The notes beneath the pieces were generated by a model. It saw only the letters and a list, made by a program, of their open reading frames with translations. It searched no databases and had not been told where the DNA came from. A DNA stretch of 44,431 nt from Catajapyx aquilonaris (Eukaryota). Shown one piece after another: positions 36,610 to 44,431 of the stretch. The DNA lies in the NCBI GenBank assembly GCA_000934665.2, contig JYFJ02003261.1:1-44431 (forward strand), given 5' to 3'. Each line of letters begins with the position of its first letter. Positions within the stretch are counted from its first letter, which is position 1. A program made the position numbers and the translations under genes.

Positions 36610-37108
36610 ATAGTCCAGCATCAGTGCCAACAGGTTGGTAGGAAGAAGTGAACTAATGGCGCAAACCTGATGCCAAGCCATCTTGAAAAAAAGTCTTGGG
36701 GGACGGCAGCCAATAGACTGCCCACGAGCCATTTACCCTTTCTAATGGTAAATAGACTTCCAACGTGGCAGGCTACTTGAAATGAACGTTTTGTAATGCA
36801 AAGTGAGGTTATTTCATCGGATGATAGATGTCAAATTACATCCAATTTGTCTACAAAGTCATAGCGAAGCTTGGTACTGTCGAGAAACAAGTTAAACGTG
36901 AACACCACCAAGGTCCTAATGAAACTACAAGTAATGTTATGTGTAGTTCAGGTATGTTAATTTTAGCATCGGCTAATTTCATATTTAGGAAGGGTGAGTC
37001 AGTGTCCTATCGTTTTTGATAGACGTCCCAAGTAGATGTCGAATTATTCTGGCATTCTAACAACTGGATTTCTAGAAAGTTATTAACTGCACGATACTCC
37101 GTTTCCAT
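36610..37108 (-). pseudogene. Possible highly decayed mariner transposase relic
   Basis: The minus strand reads METEYRAVNNFL from 37108 (cf. mariner MEKxEYRAVIKFL) and AVPQDFFQDG near 36700 (cf. PxxFFxxGI). No TIRs were recognised. Confidence 0.35.
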
Positions 37109-37316
37109 TATGGTGGTATACAAATTACTCGATACAGATCAAATATCGGAGAGGAACTGGCAAATACGAACTTATGTAGGCTATGCGATATGATTGTATA
37201 CAGTACGGTATACTGGTATAGGCTACATTATACTTGTATTATAAATATGTAGTACCGGTACACTTCCAGTAGGTTTAAATTCAGGGTGATTTAAATCATG
37301 TCATAAAACTACCATA

Positions 37317-37971
37317 CAGGGTGTTCGCGAATTCTTCTGCCAAAAAGCTAGGCCTATGGGTGGTAGGGGGTGCGTATGAAAGAGGCATGACATGGGTCCG
37401 AAAGGCCATCGACGACGTTGGCAACGTCGACGTGTCTATCCTTACAAGTATGGATACCTCCTTGCATCCAGCGCCGGATTTCCCATTAGGCACAGTAGGC
37501 ACTGGCCTAGGGGCGGCAGCGAGTTGCAATAAATATTTTTCAAATGCAATAATAGGAAAGGGCGAGATCAGAAAGAAAATCAAAATTTTGAGGGAGCTTG
37601 ATTTACCACTACAGGCAGAAAAGGTAATTGCCGAAGGGCGGCCATAACTTACGCTATGATTTAAAATAAAATAAAATAAAGGGAAGAACACAAGAAAAAA
37701 TGGGATTTTTAAGCGTCATGGAGGGGGGCAGGGGTTAATCCGGCGCTGCTTGCATCCCTGCATCGCTGGGTGCCAGGGCGGGGCGCTCGCACTGCCAGAC
37801 AGTTGCTCAACCGCCTGAATCCGGCAAACAGCGAAGCAGGCATACTTGTAAGGATAGACATCGTCGATGTCAACGGCGTCGCCGGCCTTTCGGACCCAAG
37901 CCATGCCTTTACCATATGCCCCTCCCCCTACCACCCATATCATTTTGGCAGACGAATTCGCAAACATCATG
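37317..37971. mobile_element. Tc1/mariner-type MITE with ~135-bp TIRs, carrying a nested hAT
   Basis: ta-cagggtgttcgcgaattcttctgccaaaa...gtctatccttacaagtatg is inverted relative to catacttgtaaggatagac...ttttggcagacgaattcgcaaacatcatg-ta. Confidence 0.88.
37469..37748. mobile_element. 280-bp hAT MITE
   Basis: Perfect 12-bp TIR cagcgccggatt / aatccggcgctg and perfect 8-bp TSD cttgcatc (37461-37468, 37749-37756). Confidence 0.92.
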
Positions 37972-38539
37972 TATTTGAAGTACATGTACACCACATACCA
38001 CCTATACACGAAACAGCTGAGTTACCTCTCAACACAGTTCTCAATTTAAAAGTGTTTGAGGGTAGTTGCGGGGCCACAATACAGGGAACGAGGTACCAGA
38101 CGTTCTCTAGCATAAGCCACAGGAACCACGCCGACTGACGCTTTAGGTGCAGTATGTGAATTCTCAATATGGCGCTTTCATTCTGCCCATTCACACCTAG
38201 ATGTCGTGATAGTTCAAGCTGGCAAAAATGGCGCCCACTTGGCAATTTGCCAGTACGCTAATCCCTCACATCCCTTGGCCGGTGATTACGCCATGCTTTG
38301 TGACAAATCGCCCAAGTCCGGATTCTGATCTCCCCGGAACCATCCATCTTTATCCTACCGGTACGCGACAAGGCCTGAAAAAAAGGAAGCAGTGTAGGCG
38401 TGCTCATTAATCACCCGGTGTCAAAGTTGGCGCGAAACTGAGGTGAAAGCCCCTGGAGTTCAGTCATTCTTCATCCCCAAACCCCGTTGTTTCCATTTGA
38501 CTCCGGGCCAACGTCTTTTGTGCGTCCCGGACATCTTTG

Positions 38540-38932
38540 TGTAGAGAAGTAGTCGTACCCGATCCGAAGCCAAGATACAACTTGGGGTATAATTCGCGAA
38601 TCGCTTCCACTATCGCATGTTCCAGGTCTGGCAGCTTTATTATACGGGCATTGCTTGATTCCTGCAGGGAAGTGGTTATTCAGGAGGGAATCCAGCAGGT
38701 CCAGTTGCTTCCGAAACTGGGGAGGGACTTTATATCCGAATAAAATTCACGCCAGATACTTCAATTGATTAACGACTTTGGCAGGGATTTCCTGGGTAGA
38801 ATTGCCAGATTTCTCCTCAGATGAGCAAGCAATTTGAAATGCAGGCTTTGGGAATTTAAAAGTCCAAGAGGGAATCAAACACACATTTTCTCTCGTGGAA
38901 AGCATAATTAAAGAGAGGCAACTTCTGACCAA
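38540..38932 (-). pseudogene. Possible decayed LINE reverse transcriptase fragment
   Basis: QEIPAKVVNQLKYLA*IL resembles the RT motif I..V..xKYLGVxL, and is preceded by a KCV-like segment in another frame. This is by-eye similarity only. Confidence 0.3.
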
Positions 38933-41825
38933 AGCGACAAGTTTTAGCCAGAACTTGGGCGTTATATCAGTGAATATAAGTTGGGGTTAGAGAAAATATA
39001 ATATACGGTAACATTGGCTTTCCATTGGTCAATAGCGCATGCTAGTACTGGTGCTGCATATCAGTGCTATAAACTAATCTTGACCAGTGAAAGATTTCTT
39101 GCATACACTGCCCGTTCGTTGGCTACACTTGAGAAATATCACGCAACATAACTGTTCCACAAGTACTACGCTGACATTATTTTACATCAGTAGTAACTTT
39201 GTGCAAATGAGTCAGAATACAAAGCTGTAAGTTATATTTTCCTGATGAATTCACGGTCTGAGCAACCTAAAATAATATTGAGGCATGTTTGCATAAATGA
39301 CTCATAAGCAGGTGAAGACACACAACTGTGCATGACAGTGACATACAGTGAATTTGCACAATACTATGAACATAATAACTCTTTTCGTGCACATAATTTC
39401 CGATGGTAATATTTGAAACATGGCATTTTCAAACTTTGTAAACCTTTGGTGGTGCCTATTCCAAATATTTAAACTGCACTACTACAGTGTACGTGTATAA
39501 TACTTGAAAACAACATCTCCATCATAATGACACGGACTACAACAATTTGTGCAGTGTTTAATATCCATCATGCAAGTGGTGCAGGTGCAGGGGACACCAA
39601 AAAGGACGTGATGCCATCTTGATAAAGCCAGGAGAAACAGGTAACATAACAGAGAAGAGTGTTTATAAATAACATCCCAAAATATCTTTTTAGAAGGGGG
39701 GGGGGGAGGAGCAACCAACAACATAGGAGAACAGAGAAGAGAGAGACAGAGAGAGACAGAGAGAGAGGGTGACAGAGCAGATGTGCAACAGTCACAACCG
39801 CCACACACTGTACTTACTCCAGTTGAGCCCTATTTGAGAGCCAATGTTGGAGGGAAAGAAAGATTAACGTTAATAATTATTGTTAAAGCTCAAGTTCCAT
39901 ATTTGCAAAATGTGCACAAATATTTTGCATGCAAAGTGGAACCAGACCATGTTCAAAACCTTGCACACTTTTCACTCGTTTTGCTTGTACCAGATGCATA
40001 AATATTAATGTACAATATAGCAGGTGCGGCTTGCGAAAATTCCAACCCGTTTTGAATATGCTATGAGGACACTTTGTAATTTTTTGCGGATGGCGACGTG
40101 CTGGAAATGAAGAGGTTATCATGGGAGGCCCTGGAGGCTATTCATAACCCTTGGTTGGTTTCGCCATTACGGGCCCCTTCGACAAAATATCGAAACTGGC
40201 CCCGAAGCCAAAACCCATGCGACAAGCTCCGGACAGCCCTAATGACAATCCAATAACACGTTGCAACAGACAACTCCATCTACACCCGGTTTTATTGTGA
40301 CGTCACTCCAGGCTCTTGCGACGTCATAACTCTCCAACCTTACCCAAAACACTTTTTTGGCATCCGTTTTATGCGAAAATGAGCGCGTTGCCTTCTCTCA
40401 TTCGCAACCGAAGCATGTTCCCGGAGAAGCTCTACTCAATCCGGACTTAAGTGGATGGAAATGCGTCCCCGGATTCAGCCCAATCCGGACCCTCAATTAT
40501 GCAGGAATTGTGGGCCAGGAGCAGAGAAGTGGGACATTGTAACTTTCAGAATTATCGGAAAATCATATAGGCCTTTGTTTAATAGGATCTTCGTTGTTAA
40601 CACCAATACAATTAGAGGGCTGCATAAACTTGATCCACTGGCGCCATTAAAGAGACCGCTATAATACCGTAACAACTTTCGTTCGGTTTTGGGTAACAGG
40701 TCGTCTTCGACTTCAATTTGGGGTCAAAAAACCAAATTGTTCTCTCTCTCTCACCATTTCTGGCTCTTTTTATACCTTCCTACCGGCGTCTCTGCTCAGA
40801 TAAAGGAGCGAAGGTGTGATATATTGAGATGTACTCAACGACTTCAAAACTACAATTCATTAAGATTAGTGGGTATTACAATGTTTAGAATAGATTCGCA
40901 ACTCGCTCTACAGAAGCACTTCAGCAATGAGTTTCAGCCATCTGGCTGATACCTGTGCACGGGGTTCTTGGGAGGAATGTCTCTCCAAGGTCTCAGGTAC
41001 TGGGTCCGGAGCCAATTATGGCTAAAATAGACCGGGAACACTTTACTGACTGTGAGGTGTGCCTAAATTGCGAGTGACTCGTCTAATCTAAGCGGTGTAA
41101 TACCCGCTTTAGGGCTGTTGTATGAATGCAAATTTTAAAAATCTTCCATTTTGTATAGGATATTGCAGTGTGAATATCTCTTCATAATCAGAGGATTTTC
41201 CTGCTTTGCTTTCATGCAACGAACCTTCATTGCGACTATTGAGAATTTCCTCCCTCCCCAATTTGATGAAATGGATAAAAGCCACGAATAAAAGGATTGT
41301 GATTGTACATACCTGGAAGGTAAAATATATAAGCATGTTATTACTTGGGTTATTACGAGGTGTTGTTTATTTATTATTTTATTAACTCGGCATGCATCGT
41401 TGAACTTGCAATTAAATTTCGAATGTAAAGAATCAGGTGAGTAATTCAATATGGAAACGGCTGAAGGGATTTTATTCGTTTGGTTTGTTACACCTGGTGA
41501 GCACATGCATTATGACGTTCAAGACTTCGTCAACCACTGATCCAAACTTGACTCTAATGAAACCGCTAATAGTATTACGGGAAGCGCGAAGGAAATCGAC
41601 GGAGGAATGCCGACCAATAAGCACCATCCTGATGCTGGGATCGACGACGTTTTGCAAACATGAAAATAGCCTATGCACATATCCATTTTTTCACCTAGTT
41701 ATGAAAGTGAGTGATGTGTAGCCTACCTCATTACATATACTGTACAGCACTGACAAGGCATGAGTGTGCCAAGATGAATCTCATAAGCTGCGGGCATAGG
41801 TGTCAACTACAGGAGAGCTACGTAC

Positions 41826-41976
41826 CTCATATAAGAAGTGGCCAAGAGTAGGAACTCCATGGCCGACTGGGCCACTTGTTGCAGCCAGATTTCCACCTTG
41901 ACGGCCTGAAGTTGACCCGGACACTAGAGCGACTGGTTTCAGAGTGCGAGCTAGGCCCAGCAGCCTTTTATTTGTT
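41826..41976 (-). CDS. Candidate Syt7 juxtamembrane/linker exon, 151 nt, phase 2/0
   Basis: Acceptor atttccag with an upstream pyrimidine-rich tract and donor GAG|gtacgt. Only one frame is open: TNKRLLGLARTLKPVALVSGSTSGRQGGNLAATSGPVGHGVPTLGHFLYE. Same strand as Syt7, but no diagnostic motif. Confidence 0.4.
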
Positions 41977-42245
41977 CTGGAAATGGCGCGACTCAGTCTC
42001 AGCCGATCAAAAGAGAGGAAATGAAGCAGACAAGAATCAAGGGTCGCTCGCGCCACACCCATTTCCCACCCTCTCTCTATACAATCATAGTTCCTCTCCT
42101 CGAGACATAGCCTGCGTTGTTGTGTACTCGCTGGCGCATGAGCACCTGGCCCACTGCAGATCGAGCAGTCTAGGCTACATGCACCCAAAATGCCTGGGAT
42201 GGGGGAGGGGGAAGAGCCAGGGATGCGGCGGGTAGGTCAGGTGTG

Positions 42246-42312
42246 GGGGCGAGGGGGGGGGGGGNGGGGGCGGAGAGGAGGAGGAGGAGGAGGAGGAGGA
42301 GGAGAAGGAAGA
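42246..42312 (+). repeat. Poly-G tract and (GGA)n microsatellite
   Basis: A G run containing an N, followed by (gga)~9. Confidence 0.9.
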
Positions 42313-42613
42313 GAAAACAAACAAAAAAGTCGATTCAGAGCAACCTATGCTTTTTGAATATTTACTCAGGCTAATACCAAGGGCTACTACAGTATTTGGA
42401 CGTACCGGTAGTAGTATACCACAGGACTTCCCAATGCTCTACTACACCACAATGAGCGACTTCTCACATACGGTACTATAGGCCTACATGCCCATGTATG
42501 TATACTAAGGTCTACAGTCTGATGTCATTTACATGGTCGTTTTGAGATACTTACCGCGCAATAAGCGAAACGGGTAAAAAAAATTCTCAGCCAAACGTCA
42601 ATACCTGCTGGCT

Positions 42614-42763
42614 CAAGGGGGTAACCACTCGACTGAAAAGTGTACACACTGGAGTACCAAATTCAAGGAGTACCAAGGAGTACCAAAGAGTAAGGTACCT
42701 AAGGAATACCTGGGAGTACCACTCGCAGGTGTACACCGGAGTACCGAAGTGGTTACCCCCTTG
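42614..42763 (+). mobile_element. 150-bp hAT-type MITE (copy 2)
   Basis: TIR caagggggtaaccact / agtggttacccccttg with degenerate 8-bp TSD tgctggct / cgctggcg. Colinear with 5483-5630. Confidence 0.9.
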
Positions 42764-44431
42764 CGCTGGCGGTATGTACTGTTCTTCAGATTCTCGCAAA
42801 CTATATAGTGTTCTTGATTCGTACTTTCAAATGCATATTTTATAAGAGTGTCTTATAACACGAGCCCTTTTAAATAAACCAAGAAAATTTCAATCTCGAC
42901 TTGATTGCAATATTCGATATGGTAGTCATTTATTAAACAATGTACTAAACAGATCATTTAATGCATAATTCACGTCCAATTCCTCAAAGAGACCAATATC
43001 AGTTACGGAACCATTAAACCTGCCAAAAATCAATTAATTTTCATCAAGCTGCTAATAAATCTGAACGAGTGACTACATGAGTAATGAAAATAAGATAAGC
43101 ACGATTCCGATAACTATATTCAAATGTAATTGCCGGTAATACTTAAAATCACTGGGCATTTAAGTGTTTCAATATGAACAAGAGTGCTTCGCGGTATAAA
43201 TACGTTCCACGCAAATACTGACAGCTAAGAGCTGACTACAAGTTTTCAAAGGTCCCAAAGCACATACTGTAGTATAGCAGCACACTTAGGAGATCAGTGC
43301 TGAAAGCCAATTTCGGATCCCTTAATCCAGGTAGTATAAACAGAAATTTAGTGAAATTTTCCGACTATGTAGTGTCAGCATATTTACAATGCATTTTGAG
43401 ATAGTACGCAAGACAAAATCTGCTTCACATGAAATTGAGCATCATTACGAGCATGCTTTGCATAAAATTATTACGTGCTTCGTGTGGCATGGAACTGTGT
43501 ATACATCAAATTGAAAGCAACTCCGCATATTATATACCACTGTCCACACTAAAAAGGTTGGCAGGAAATATGCCATGCACGTAAAGCTACAATGGGTGCA
43601 CTCTGTCACTTGTGTGTAACACTAGTTGTGTGGTAGTTGGGGCTGACAACGAAGCCCTGCAAGCTTGTTCGTAATGAATGCAAAATATTAATATTGGCTG
43701 CAGTACAAGATGTAATGCGCCGTCTCTGGATGCAATTTAGGTTTAATTTGGCATCAGTTGGCACTTGCACGTCCACGCTGCGACGGGGATGAGTACCGTG
43801 AAGCCTAATTATTCGGTTTTTGGTCCGGATATGCTCATAAGCTTGATGAGAAAGTGTAGTGTTGCAGACCTCTTGTGCAAATTGGAGACTTCGACTATAG
43901 TGTTGCAAGTTTCGGAGGCTTCTTTTTAATTGTTGCAAGGAGCATGGCAGCTCTTCGGGTTTGAAGAGGAAAACAGCAGTTGAAGTTTCACCCTATTGCG
44001 GCATAAAACTTGATCTGCGCATGACAGGCGACTCGCGAAAATGGGACCCGAAAATGAGCAAAGTTCTGCAGAGAAAGGTGGAAATGAAAGCGGCGACGAA
44101 TAGAACCAGATGACCCACTTGCACTTTTAAACCGGATGTCGAAAATTTGGCAACACGGGCTCAACCGCAGTGGGGGTGGGTAGCGGGGGGCCGGGGAAGA
44201 AGGGAAGGAAGGAGGGGAAGGAGGGTGTTAGTTCGGAACTGTTGCAAAATGTCATTTATTTTGCCTCAACCTCTAGCCTCAAGATGTGCACATTTTTGCA
44301 GACCCAATTTATTGCTTGGGTCCAACTCGGACAGGTGAATATATACAGGATCTTCCAAATTCGTCGGTCGTTTTTTATAACTGATATCACCCGATAGTAG
44401 ATATTTTTTGTAGCTTGTGCCCCTAACCAGA

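Overview
This window is eukaryotic, animal (arthropod-like) genomic DNA. It is almost entirely long introns of a minus-strand synaptotagmin-7 gene. Two coding exons are well supported: 16745-16925 (linker) and 10943-11083 (start of C2A, AVGTIHFSLEYDFENTTLILRIIQ). A third candidate linker exon lies at 41826-41976. I could not find the transmembrane exon or the remaining C2A/C2B exons, so they probably lie outside the window. The introns are packed with transposable elements, many with readable TIRs and target-site duplications: two tRNA-derived SINEs with a V-domain-like core, several hAT MITEs, Tc1/mariner/pogo/Tigger MITEs, a decayed irritans-type mariner, a solo LTR, hairpin MITEs, and a foldback family whose arms are ordered arrays of a ~165-bp repeat. 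Nearly all ORFs in the track look spurious. I found no CRISPR array, RNA gene or operon, and no convincing new protein-based system. The most unusual signals are the satellite-armed foldback element, a transposon built from two inverted transposase 3' ends, a pair of adjacent perfect palindromes, TIR pairs that co-vary between copies, and two phase-compatible Syt7 linker exons that could be mutually exclusive. Family assignments come from recalled motifs, not from database searches.
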